Of a DNA stretch of 43,969 nt, positions 8,522 to 17,897 are shown in pieces (position 1 is the first letter of the stretch; each line of letters begins with the position of its first letter). A program made the translations under genes and the position numbers. Under the pieces are notes generated by a model. That model searched no databases, was not told where the DNA came from, and worked only from the letters and a program-made list of their open reading frames with translations. The stretch comes from Bacteroidia bacterium. Lineage in GTDB: Bacteria > Bacteroidota > Bacteroidia > UBA10329. The stretch is taken from NCBI GenBank assembly GCA_047611425.1, contig JBLFWJ010000003.1, forward strand, positions 1 to 43,969. Reading direction: 5' to 3'.

Positions 8522-11375
8522 AAAGAAGTCGGGATTCGTTGCTCAGCCCTACTTGGAAGTGAATGGCGCTCGCGTTCACAACCTTAAGAATATTGACGTA
8601 AAAATTCCTCGATATAAACTAGTGGTAATCACTGGATTGAGCGGAAGCGGAAAATCCTCTTTAGCATTCGACACGATTTACGCTGAAGGACAAAGACGTT
8701 ATATAGAAACGTTTTCGGCCTATGCCCGTCAATTTATGGGCAATCTAGAACGGCCAGATGTAGACAACATTACAGGCCTAAGTCCAGTAATTAGCATAGA
8801 GCAAAAGTCTACCAATCGTAGCCCGAGATCTACGGTAGGAACAATTACTGAGATCTACGATTTATTCCGTTTGATGTACGCTCGGGCATCCATTGCCTAC
8901 AGCTACAACACTGATGAGCGTATGATCAAGCATACGGATGATGACATGCTTCAAATTCTGAAAGATGAATTTGAAGGCAAACGCATTATTCTGATGGCAC
9001 CGGTGATAAAAGGCCGAAAGGGACATTATCGCGAGCTTTTCGATCAATTCAGAAGACAGGGTTTTCAACGGGTTCGAGTTGATGGAGAAATTCTAGAATT
9101 GGACTCAGAGATTAAACTGGACAGGTACAAGGTTCATGATATTGAACTGGTTACAGATCGAGTTAAGGTTGATGAATCCAATCATAAAAGACTTCGCGAT
9201 TCTTTGAACTTGGCAATGAAGCATGGAAAGGGATCCCTCCTAATCCAGGACCATGAAACCGGTGAAACACGATTTTTGAGCCGAGCGTTGATGTGTCCAA
9301 CCTCAGGCATCGCCTATGATGAACCTCAACCTAATTTGTTTTCTTTCAATTCACCCTATGGTGCATGTCCAACCTGTAACGGGTTAGGAAACGTGTCGGA
9401 GATTGACAGAGAGAAGATCATTCCGAAAACCACGCTTTCTATTGCCCGTGGTGGCATTGCTCCTCTGGGAGAGCAAAAGAATACTTGGATTTTTCACCAA
9501 CTCGAGGCAATTGGTGATAAGTATGATTTCAAATTAAACACACCCATCAAGGATATTTCGGAAGAAGCTTTGAATGTGATCCTTCAGGGATCAAACGAAG
9601 TTTTCAAGGTGAAGCAGAGTGAAGGATCCACATCAAGCAATGTATCTCTGTCCTTTGAAGGAATTATGAGCTTTATCTCTCGCCAAGCGACAATGTCAGA
9701 CTCCGCTCGATTGGAAAAATGGGCTAAAGGATTTACCTCTAGGAAAGAGTGCGACAACTGCAATGGGGATCGGCTTAAAAAGGAATCACTCTACTTTAAA
9801 GTAGCAGATAAGAACATAGCCGAAGTCGCTAGAATGGATCTTCAAGCTTTGGGAGATTGGCTAGCCACGGTTGAAGAGAAACTGGATGAACGGCAATTGC
9901 TAATTGGTCATGAGATTTTAAAGGAAATTCAAACACGGCTGCAATTCTTACTAGATGTTGGGCTTGAATATTTGGCACTAGACCGACCAAGCCGATCACT
10001 TTCTGGTGGAGAAGCTCAAAGAATAAGATTGGCTACACAAATTGGTTCCGAATTAGTTGGTGTGCTCTACATCCTAGATGAACCAAGCATTGGATTGCAT
10101 CAACGAGATAATCAACGCTTAATTAAAGCATTGCAAAAACTACGTGACACGGGTAATTCCGTTATCGTGGTTGAGCATGACAAGGACATGATGATGGCTG
10201 CAGATCAGGTCATTGATCTTGGCCCAGGCGCTGGAATTCATGGTGGTGAGTTGGTTGGGCAAGATGTTGCCTCTGCCCTGCCCCATGAACGGTCTCTAAC
10301 CGCTGGTTACTTGAGTGGCGGAATGAGTATTCCATTTAGAAAGAAGCCTCGGAAAGGAACTGGAAAGTTCCTAACCCTCAAAGGTGCTACTGGCAACAAT
10401 CTCAAAAACGTTGACCTCAAACTTCCTTTAGGAAAGATGATTTGCGTTACTGGCGTTTCTGGAAGTGGAAAATCAAGCTTGATTAACAGCACCTTGCATC
10501 CAGTTCTATCCAACGAATTACATCGTGCGGAAAGACAATATCTTCCGTACAAAAAACTGGTTGGTCTTGAAAATCTAGACAAGGTAATTGGTATAGACCA
10601 AACTCCAATCGGACGAACACCTAGATCAAACCCAGCAACATATACAGGTGTGTTTTCGGATATACGCGCCCTATATGCTTCGTTACCTGAAGCACAGATT
10701 CGAGGGTACAAAGCAGGCCGGTTTTCTTTCAACGTAAAGGGTGGTCGATGTGAAGAATGCAGAGGTGCTGGTGTTCGAACCATCGAAATGAATTTCTTGC
10801 CAGATGTACATGTTCATTGTACAACCTGCAATGGCAGAAGATTCAATCGCGAAACACTTGAAGTTCGATTCAAAGGAAAATCGATTTCTGACTTGCTTGA
10901 TATGAACATTGAGCAAGCCATGGAATTCTTTGAAGGCATTCCAAGCATCCTTCGAAAGATTAGCACCATAAATGATGTTGGTCTTGGATACATCAGTCTA
11001 GGCCAGAGTTCCACAACCCTGTCTGGTGGTGAAGCACAGCGAATAAAGTTGGCTTCTGAACTGTCCAAGAAAGACACTGGTCAGACCCTTTACATTCTGG
11101 ATGAACCAACAACGGGCCTTCATTTCGAAGATGTTCGTGTTTTACTTGGTGTACTAGACAAACTTGCAGATCGCGGCAATACTGTTTTGATAATTGAACA
11201 TAATATGGATGTAATCCGCTCAGCAGACTACATCATCGATATCGGAAAAGAAGGTGGTGAGCGTGGTGGTGAAATAATTGCCCAGGGATCACCGTTAAAG
11301 GTTGCGACTGAGACAAATTCCTACACCGGTGTTTTTCTAAAAGAAGAATTCGATTCGTTAGGAATCAAAATCTAA
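8514..11375 (+). CDS. uvrA: Excinuclease ABC subunit A
   Basis: GARVHNLKN, two Walker A motifs ([18 protein letters not shown]), two LSGGEAQR signatures and CxxC zinc fingers. Start at ATG 8514. Confidence 0.97.
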   Translation: MSKKKSGFVAQPYLEVNGARVHNLKNIDVKIPRYKLVVITGLSGSGKSSLAFDTIYAEGQRRYIETFSAYARQFMGNLERPDVDNITGLSPVISIEQKSTNRSPRSTVGTITEIYDLFRLMYARASIAYSYNTDERMIKHTDDDMLQILKDEFEGKRIILMAPVIKGRKGHYRELFDQFRRQGFQRVRVDGEILELDSEIKLDRYKVHDIELVTDRVKVDESNHKRLRDSLNLAMKHGKGSLLIQDHETGETRFLSRALMCPTSGIAYDEPQPNLFSFNSPYGACPTCNGLGNVSEIDREKIIPKTTLSIARGGIAPLGEQKNTWIFHQLEAIGDKYDFKLNTPIKDISEEALNVILQGSNEVFKVKQSEGSTSSNVSLSFEGIMSFISRQATMSDSARLEKWAKGFTSRKECDNCNGDRLKKESLYFKVADKNIAEVARMDLQALGDWLATVEEKLDERQLLIGHEILKEIQTRLQFLLDVGLEYLALDRPSRSLSGGEAQRIRLATQIGSELVGVLYILDEPSIGLHQRDNQRLIKALQKLRDTGNSVIVVEHDKDMMMAADQVIDLGPGAGIHGGELVGQDVASALPHERSLTAGYLSGGMSIPFRKKPRKGTGKFLTLKGATGNNLKNVDLKLPLGKMICVTGVSGSGKSSLINSTLHPVLSNELHRAERQYLPYKKLVGLENLDKVIGIDQTPIGRTPRSNPATYTGVFSDIRALYASLPEAQIRGYKAGRFSFNVKGGRCEECRGAGVRTIEMNFLPDVHVHCTTCNGRRFNRETLEVRFKGKSISDLLDMNIEQAMEFFEGIPSILRKISTINDVGLGYISLGQSSTTLSGGEAQRIKLASELSKKDTGQTLYILDEPTTGLHFEDVRVLLGVLDKLADRGNTVLIIEHNMDVIRSADYIIDIGKEGGERGGEIIAQGSPLKVATETNSYTGVFLKEEFDSLGIKI

Positions 11376-11450
11376 TTGTTACGATTCTTCACTAACCTTG
11401 AACGCTAATTTGAGTACAATTGGCAATTCATTGATTTCAATATTTCCATC

Positions 11451-12161
11451 ATGACAGAAAAAGACAAGAGAATTCAACGTGCACTGAAAGAGAAAAGTTG
11501 GAACGAGATAAAGACGAACGATTCTTGGCAGATCTTTAAAATTATGAGTGAGTTTGTGGATGGTTTCGAGTCAATGGCTCGAATTGGTCCATGCGTTTCC
11601 ATTTTCGGATCAGCGCGTACAAAAGAGGATAACCCACATTATATCTTGGCTGAAGAAATCGCCTTCCACCTTGCCGAATTGGGCTTTGGAATTATTACCG
11701 GAGGAGGACCAGGAATTATGGAAGCAGGTAACAAAGGTGCTAATCGCGCAGGCGGTAAATCTGTTGGGTTGAACATAGACCTGCCTCACGAGCAATCATC
11801 CAATCCGTATATAGATCACGATAAAGACATCAATTTCGATTATTTCTTTGTTCGAAAATTGATGTTCATGAAATACGCTCAAGGATTTGTAGTACTCCCC
11901 GGGGGATTTGGAACCTTGGACGAATTGTTTGAAGCAATCACATTAATTCAAACGGGAAAAGTCGCACAGTTTCCTATTATTCTCGTTAGTTCGGAATACT
12001 GGAATGGTATGCTTGATTGGATAAAATCTACCATGCTTAGCCAAGAAGGAAACATCAGCCCTGAAGACTTAGACTTGATTACGGTTGTTGACACATGTGA
12101 AGAAGTATCCCAGGCTATCGACAATTTCTATTCTAAACACAAACTCAAGCCTAATTACTAG
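11451..12161 (+). CDS. LOG family (TIGR00730) nucleotide phosphoribohydrolase
   Basis: Motifs FGSAR, ITGGGPGIMEA, YFFVRK and PGGFGTLDELFE. Confidence 0.92.
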   Translation: MTEKDKRIQRALKEKSWNEIKTNDSWQIFKIMSEFVDGFESMARIGPCVSIFGSARTKEDNPHYILAEEIAFHLAELGFGIITGGGPGIMEAGNKGANRAGGKSVGLNIDLPHEQSSNPYIDHDKDINFDYFFVRKLMFMKYAQGFVVLPGGFGTLDELFEAITLIQTGKVAQFPIILVSSEYWNGMLDWIKSTMLSQEGNISPEDLDLITVVDTCEEVSQAIDNFYSKHKLKPNY

Positions 12162-12265
12162 GATTTAACAATTCAACGTTAATTGATTACCAAGTTTTCC
12201 CCTCGATTATCATTTGAATTAATGGTTATTTTAGCCCGCTGTATAGCTGTAGACCGAAAAACCAT

Positions 12266-13663
12266 ATGAGCATCAGAACTTTACTCTCTGCCCTATTCAT
12301 CTTTCTTTTTGTTTCAGGGTTTGCACAAGAATCTCCAGAAGGAGATGATGCGGTAACAACCGAGACAGAGACGGCCGAAAAGGAGCCTAAGGTCAAAAAG
12401 CCAAAGCCACCTTACTACGACCATAAATTGCCTTCAATTCAAATTAATGGTGGTAATCTTTCATTGTTGTCAGATGATATGGATAGCAAGAATCAACCTT
12501 TTGTAGGGGCCAATTTAAGATGGGCTTATGGTGCAAAAGTGGAATATCGTCCGTTGAACTATTTAGGCGTTTCACTTGGAGTTATGATGGGGTCAGTTGC
12601 AAATAAGCAGAGAGCCGGTAATCAATTCAACAATTACACGGTTGAAACTGACATTCTAAGTGCAGAATTCAACGTTATTATACCGCTTGATAATAATGTA
12701 ATCATAAACCGAGCAAGCAAATTTGCTCCATACCTTTTTGGAGGCGTAGCATATCAGTGGTTTAGCACAAAGGCCGATAATTATAGTTCAGACGGCAGAT
12801 ACTACCATTATTGGAGAGACGGTAATGTTTATGATCGAATCGAGGACATTGACCATTCCAATCGCAGAGAGCAACTTTCACATGACCAGAACTATGAAAC
12901 TCCTTTAAAAGAGGGATACGGTGATTCTGTTAGATATGATCGAGCTCAATTGGCTTTTCCTTTTGGACTTGGATTAAGATTCAAATTTTCCAATTCATTC
13001 TATGCCGACCTATCTGCTACATATTACTGGAGCATGTCGGATTACTTGGACAACTATAAATCTGATGAAGGAACCCAAACAGACCACATGCTGTACACCT
13101 CTGTGGGGTTTGGATACAACATTGGAGCCCGAAAGAAAAAACCGGATAGCACTCAGTTTGACCTAATTGACTTTAAGGCCCTGGATCAAGATGACGATGA
13201 TGGAGATGGCGTTAGAAACATGGAAGACCTGTGTGCAGGTACACCTCAGGGAACTGGAGTTGACGAAAAGGGTTGCCCAACTGACGAAGACAATGATGGG
13301 GTGCCTGATTACATAGACGATGAATCAGGTTCTGCAGAAGGTGCATTGGTTGATGCTAGAGGAGTGACCATTGGAGACGTGATACCAGGAACTGATACGT
13401 TAGCTGTTAAGCACAGTGTGGTTTATTTGGCCTACCCTAGCCAAAAATTCAAGCCAATGGGATCGATTTACAATACTGAATCGATAGAAGATGCAGGTAA
13501 TAGGTCAGCTGATTTAGGTGACTTTAAAGATGCCGATTACGATGGTGATGGTTACATCTCAAGTGAGGAAATCACGTTAGCAATTGATGCCTTCTTTGAA
13601 GGTGAGTTGGATTACTCAGCAGATAAACTGCATGATCTTATGGATTTCTTCTTCGATCAATAA
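12266..13663 (+). CDS. Outer-membrane beta-barrel protein (OmpA/PorG-like barrel) + TSP3-like Ca-binding repeats + C-terminal EF-hand/dockerin-like module (paralog 1)
   Basis: Signal peptide GFA-Q; alternating beta strands (PYLFGGVAY, FPFGLGLRF, SDYLD, YTSVGFGYNIG); DDDGDGV..DLC..TP..GCP.DEDNDGVPD; ends DADYDGDGYISSEE...LMDFFFDQ. Confidence 0.75.
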   Translation: MSIRTLLSALFIFLFVSGFAQESPEGDDAVTTETETAEKEPKVKKPKPPYYDHKLPSIQINGGNLSLLSDDMDSKNQPFVGANLRWAYGAKVEYRPLNYLGVSLGVMMGSVANKQRAGNQFNNYTVETDILSAEFNVIIPLDNNVIINRASKFAPYLFGGVAYQWFSTKADNYSSDGRYYHYWRDGNVYDRIEDIDHSNRREQLSHDQNYETPLKEGYGDSVRYDRAQLAFPFGLGLRFKFSNSFYADLSATYYWSMSDYLDNYKSDEGTQTDHMLYTSVGFGYNIGARKKKPDSTQFDLIDFKALDQDDDDGDGVRNMEDLCAGTPQGTGVDEKGCPTDEDNDGVPDYIDDESGSAEGALVDARGVTIGDVIPGTDTLAVKHSVVYLAYPSQKFKPMGSIYNTESIEDAGNRSADLGDFKDADYDGDGYISSEEITLAIDAFFEGELDYSADKLHDLMDFFFDQ

Positions 13664-13672
13664 TTAACTAAG

Positions 13673-14994
13673 ATGACAACCAGAAACATCTTTACTTGGT
13701 TGCTCTTGGTTTGCGCAAGACACTCCGTCAACTCATCTTCCTTCCAAAAAGGACTCACTCCGACTTGCACGCAAGACCTTTGAAAAGGAGAACGACATTA
13801 AAATGCCCCAGTTTGGTATTAGTGCGGGTGTTCTAAACTATTTTTGGTGAACCTGACCACAACGGACGGACCAATCCATTGGTTGTTAGTTATGGGGTCA
13901 ACGCAAGTATCATTCAGAATTTGAGTCCTTCCTTCGGATTGAAATCCGAGTACATGCATGCACGTCTTATATTTAATAAAGAGGACGGTCCGTCAAATAA
14001 TTTCTGAACGGACATTAACGCGGGATACGTCCAAATCTTCTACAACTTCGCAAGAATTCTCCCGCAAAATAGAATCCTGAACCCTTTTATTGCAATTGGT
14101 GTTGGCACCTTCAATTCCAAAGGAGATCTCAAGAGTGCAGAGGGATATCGATACTTCGAACATTCTGATGGTTCACTTTGGAGTTTACCAGAAGAATCTG
14201 AATTTTCGGATGATGCGGTTGATTTGGTTAGAGACCATGTATATGAATCGGATCTTCATGAAGAAAATATAGACGGATTAGGAAAATACAGCCAATTCGC
14301 CCTATCAGTTCCTGCAACATTCGGATTAAATTTTCAGATTTCTAATCGGGCAAGTCTTCAAGTTTCGTCCGCATTTCACTGGACTACAACAGATCTCATA
14401 GATAACATTAGTTCAAAAGGGGATGATAAAAACGACATGATTCTTTACAATTCCATCTCATTCTTTTACGATTTCCTCTCTCCAAAAAAAACTAGGAAGA
14501 GTAATTACAATCAGGTCGAATTCTTCAGCCTAGAAGGTGATGGAGATGGGGTTAAAGATTTCGAAGATTTATGTCCATACACACCAAAAGGTTCGCCAGT
14601 ATCAACAATTGGTTGTGCCCTTGATGGAGATGAAGTACCTGATAATCTAGATAAGGAGTTGACTTCCAACCCAGATTTACCAGTAAACAAAGATAGTGTT
14701 TCTATAAAAGATAGTCTGAAAGTAACTATAGCCTCGGATTCAGTGGCCACTAAACACGAAGTTCGGTACTTGGTTTATCCGGGTATGGCAGAAATGTACG
14801 CGGTGAAAAGAACCGGAAACTCACATCAAACGGCCATCAATCTTACCGGTTATCAGCAATTTGATTTGGATAAAGATGGATTCCTTAGCGTTGCAGAAGT
14901 ACATTCTGCAATCGATAAATTCTTCGAAGGAGAAATGCCAGAATTAACTGCTACAGACCTTGCTGGACTGATTGACCACTTCTTCGATCAATAA
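13673..14994 (+). pseudogene. Degraded paralog 2 of the barrel/TSP3/EF-hand family
   Basis: ATG at 13673; frameshift near 13710 (FAQDTP...KMPQFGISAGVLNYF lies in another frame); second frameshift in the T5 run at 13841-13845; in-frame TGA at 14005-14007; then open to 14994 with family motifs (SKGDLK, SDG, RDHVYESDL, TDLIDN, DLDKDG...LIDHFFDQ). Confidence 0.85.
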
Positions 14995-15042
14995 AAAAAA
15001 GATAATACCTTTAGCCGCTTAACAATCAAGACCTTAGTACCT

Positions 15043-16161
15043 ATGAACTTTAGGAATATAACCAGTTTCTTCGTGATAGTAATGGTGCTTGCAGTAACAA
15101 CTGCACAAGCCCAAGTTAGTGTTACTACTAACCTTCCTGCGAGTGCAGCTCCAGGCAGTCAATTTCTAGTCGAGCTAACAGTAACTAAACCTGGAGTAAC
15201 TGGGTTTGCCAAATTGGAGCAAAGCCTCCCTACTGGTTTTGAAGCTTCGGCCGGACAAACAGCTAACGCAACATTCTCCTTCAAAGACAGAAAGGTTAAG
15301 TTTTTATGGATGGCACTTCCTAATGGAGACACATTTACCGTCTCTTATAAAGTGCAAGTAGATGCTTCATTGAGTGGTAACCAAATACTTGAAGGAAAAT
15401 TCGCTTACATAAAGGACAACGCTACGGAGAAGTATATTCTTCCAAAAGACATTATAGCTGTTGGTGCAGATCCGGCTGCCGCAGCTGAAGCTCAGGCTTT
15501 AGCTTCTATCGAAGCAGATGCCAAAGCAAAAGAAGATGCTGATGCAGCCGCTCGTGAAGCAGCTGCAGAATCTGAAGCCACAGCAGAAGAGGTGGTTGAA
15601 GAAACACCTGAAGTCGTTGAGGAAGTAGCCGAAGAAGTTGCTGAAGTCGTTGAAGTCGTTGAAGTGGTTGAAGAAGTTGACAACAGCGCTGCCGAGGCAG
15701 AAGTTGCTGCTGCTGAAGAAGCTGACAGACAAGCAAAAGAGGCTGAACTGGAAAGACTAAGAACTGAAAAAGCTTCAAGAGAAGCTGAAGCAGCCGCAAT
15801 TAAGGCAGCAGAACCCGTTGCAGTAGAAGTAGCTCCTACCAAGGAAGCCGCTCCAAATTACAATGATGCGATGCTTCAAAGCAAAGCAGGATTAGTTTTC
15901 CGAGTTCAAGTATCAGCAGGGCCAAATCAAGTAGATCCAGCAGTTGTAGCGAGCAAGCTAGGTTTAACCGAAACTGTAATGTTGGAAGAGAATGAGGGCA
16001 TGTTCAAGTATGTCGTTGGTGAGTTCGGAAGCTACAGACCTGCTAAAACTTTCTCCAACTCACTTAGAGATAATAATGGTGTTGACGGTCCTTTTGTTAC
16101 TGCCTATAAAGATGGATCTAGAATTCACGTTAAGGAAGCACTTGACATGGCAGGTCAATAA
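15043..16161 (+). CDS. Secreted protein: N-terminal beta-sandwich (cohesin/Ig-like), Ala/Glu/Val-rich linker, C-terminal SPOR-like domain
   Basis: Signal AQA-Q; LPASAAPGSQFLVELTV..LPTGF..TVSYKV..LEGKFAY; low-complexity linker; FRVQVSA...FKYVVGEFGSY..A...LR..GV.GPFVTAYKDG.RI. Confidence 0.7.
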   Translation: MNFRNITSFFVIVMVLAVTTAQAQVSVTTNLPASAAPGSQFLVELTVTKPGVTGFAKLEQSLPTGFEASAGQTANATFSFKDRKVKFLWMALPNGDTFTVSYKVQVDASLSGNQILEGKFAYIKDNATEKYILPKDIIAVGADPAAAAEAQALASIEADAKAKEDADAAAREAAAESEATAEEVVEETPEVVEEVAEEVAEVVEVVEVVEEVDNSAAEAEVAAAEEADRQAKEAELERLRTEKASREAEAAAIKAAEPVAVEVAPTKEAAPNYNDAMLQSKAGLVFRVQVSAGPNQVDPAVVASKLGLTETVMLEENEGMFKYVVGEFGSYRPAKTFSNSLRDNNGVDGPFVTAYKDGSRIHVKEALDMAGQ

Positions 16162-16189
16162 ACGCGCAAAAAAAACACAGACATTGACA

Positions 16190-16219
16190 TGACCTGGGCT
16201 TTGTCCCGGGTTATTTTTT
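16190..16219 (+). terminator. Probable Rho-independent terminator
   Basis: GACCTGGG / CCCGGGTT stem (with G-U pairs) followed by ATTTTTT, about 30 nt after the stop at 16161. Confidence 0.6.
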
Positions 16220-16246
16220 ACCTTGAACTTTCGTAAATCGGAATTG

Positions 16247-17863
16247 ATGTTGCGCAGATCGTGGTTAATTCTTCCATTTTTAATTAGCTGTTGTATCAGT
16301 TATGGCCAAGTAGTAGAGTCTGAGAATGATTCTTCCTTTAAAACTATACAGCTACCCATGTTCGACCTAGGTTTTGGCTGGTCATTTCTTATGGGTGATA
16401 TAGGAAACACTTCTCCTGCGCCAAGTTCGGCATTACAATTCTCCTACGGATTGAGTATCCGCCAGGCAATAATGCCGTATCTCTCTGTTTCAATCGACTT
16501 TAGCACTGGGAAATTTTATGGGGAAAAAGCCTTGGGAGATACGGAAAATCTAAATTTTCAAACATCTGTAATCAGCCAAGGACTTCAGTTCACATACGAG
16601 GCTTCCCACTTATTTAATAGGAATAACAAAGGATTTGTTCAATACCAGCCTTATGTTGGCATCGGTGTAGGATTAATCTCATTCCGAGCAAAGGGTGACC
16701 TAAAAGATGGGAACTTGAATACCTACAATTATTGGAGCGATGGAACAATCAGAAGTTTGCCAGAAACACCAAATAATGTAGACCTCGCAGAAGTAATATC
16801 GCGAGATTTGGTATATGAGTCTGACTTACGTGACGCAAACTTGGACGGATTTGGACGCTACGATCAAATGGCCTTGAGAATACCAATCGAACTTGGTTTT
16901 AGATACCAATTCACCAAACGAATTGGAGCACACATCAAAGGCATTTACAATCTGAATTTTACCGATCTGTTGGACAACGTAACATCTGAAAGTCTGGGTG
17001 ATCGGCAAGCAAACGCTGATAATGATAACCACCTGTCGGCAATGATGGGCGTAAGTGTTTATTTGGGGGAATATCGAAAGCCAAAGAAAAAGAAACGAGA
17101 ACCTATGCCTGCCCTCTTAGCGGAGGAAGATTTAGATTCAAATAATCAAGAGGTTGATCCAATTCAAGACTCCATTTCCAACCTGGCTGTTGTTTCAGTA
17201 AACAACGATAATCAGGATTCAGATAGTAAAGAAGAAAGTTCTAATTACTCTAAAAACCTTGACTCCGAGGCCATTACTAGTTCGGAATATGGAGCTAAGA
17301 ATGTGGAAGACGTTGGTCAGGTTGATGAAGCTATGCTTGGGAATGAATCAGCTTCAACTAAAAACGAAATTGATAAATCCGCCTCCAATAAATCAACGGG
17401 TGAGTCAAACACCGATATTTTGAGTCAGATAGAAATTACCGAGAATCAATATAGCCTATCTGTCGATTCTAACTCCCAAAATGAAAGCAGCGAGTCTTCT
17501 AAGAATGCTACCATAGATCAATCTGAAGTCGGAGAACCGAGTAGTGCTATTTCGGATAGCTCTACCTCAAGCACGACCAACGACAACTCCATAGAAAACA
17601 CTATTGCTCAACCTAATAGTATTTCTAAAAAAGAGCAAAGAACGAATGAGTTAACAACGTTTGACCTGATTGAAAAAACGATGGGGATTGGGTCAACTGA
17701 GCCTAAAATTGCTGGTCGCTTTCATTGGGCTGATGTTAATACGGACAAATACATTTCTGCCGATGAGGTGTTACACTTCATAGACCTCTTATTTGACGGG
17801 GAATCTGAGTACACCCTACCAATGATTCACGAGTTGATTGAGTACTATTTTGACCAAGATTGA
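16247..17863 (+). CDS. Outer-membrane barrel paralog 3, with a long Ser/Asn/Glu-rich disordered linker and C-terminal EF-hand/dockerin-like module
   Basis: Signal SYG-Q; FLMGDIG, AKGDLKDG..YNYWSDG, RDLVYESDLR, TDLLDNV; linker of roughly 200 aa; ends ADVNTDKYISADE...LIEYYFDQD. Confidence 0.75.
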   Translation: MLRRSWLILPFLISCCISYGQVVESENDSSFKTIQLPMFDLGFGWSFLMGDIGNTSPAPSSALQFSYGLSIRQAIMPYLSVSIDFSTGKFYGEKALGDTENLNFQTSVISQGLQFTYEASHLFNRNNKGFVQYQPYVGIGVGLISFRAKGDLKDGNLNTYNYWSDGTIRSLPETPNNVDLAEVISRDLVYESDLRDANLDGFGRYDQMALRIPIELGFRYQFTKRIGAHIKGIYNLNFTDLLDNVTSESLGDRQANADNDNHLSAMMGVSVYLGEYRKPKKKKREPMPALLAEEDLDSNNQEVDPIQDSISNLAVVSVNNDNQDSDSKEESSNYSKNLDSEAITSSEYGAKNVEDVGQVDEAMLGNESASTKNEIDKSASNKSTGESNTDILSQIEITENQYSLSVDSNSQNESSESSKNATIDQSEVGEPSSAISDSSTSSTTNDNSIENTIAQPNSISKKEQRTNELTTFDLIEKTMGIGSTEPKIAGRFHWADVNTDKYISADEVLHFIDLLFDGESEYTLPMIHELIEYYFDQD

Positions 17864-17897
17864 ATTTGACTATTTTTGATCGGTTGTGAACAAGCCT

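Noticed and set aside
10307-11077. Long antisense ORFs within uvrA (likewise within lon, asmA and the DAACS gene)
   Set aside because: They are codon-pattern shadows of conserved sense genes, with no independent features.
14005-14007. Selenocysteine or readthrough at the in-frame TGA
   Set aside because: Two upstream frameshifts and several deletions indicate decay; paralogs have Lys, Gln or Glu at this position, not Cys.
14090-14994. 60-aa ORF and 256-aa ORF as independent genes
   Set aside because: The 256-aa ORF is the 3' remnant of the pseudogene starting at 13673; the 60-aa ORF is an off-frame artefact.
15492-15842. Three overlapping minus-strand ORFs rich in Ser/Thr, Phe/Asn or Leu/Gln
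   Set aside because: They are antisense shadows of the low-complexity GAA/GTT/GCT linker of the 15043 gene.
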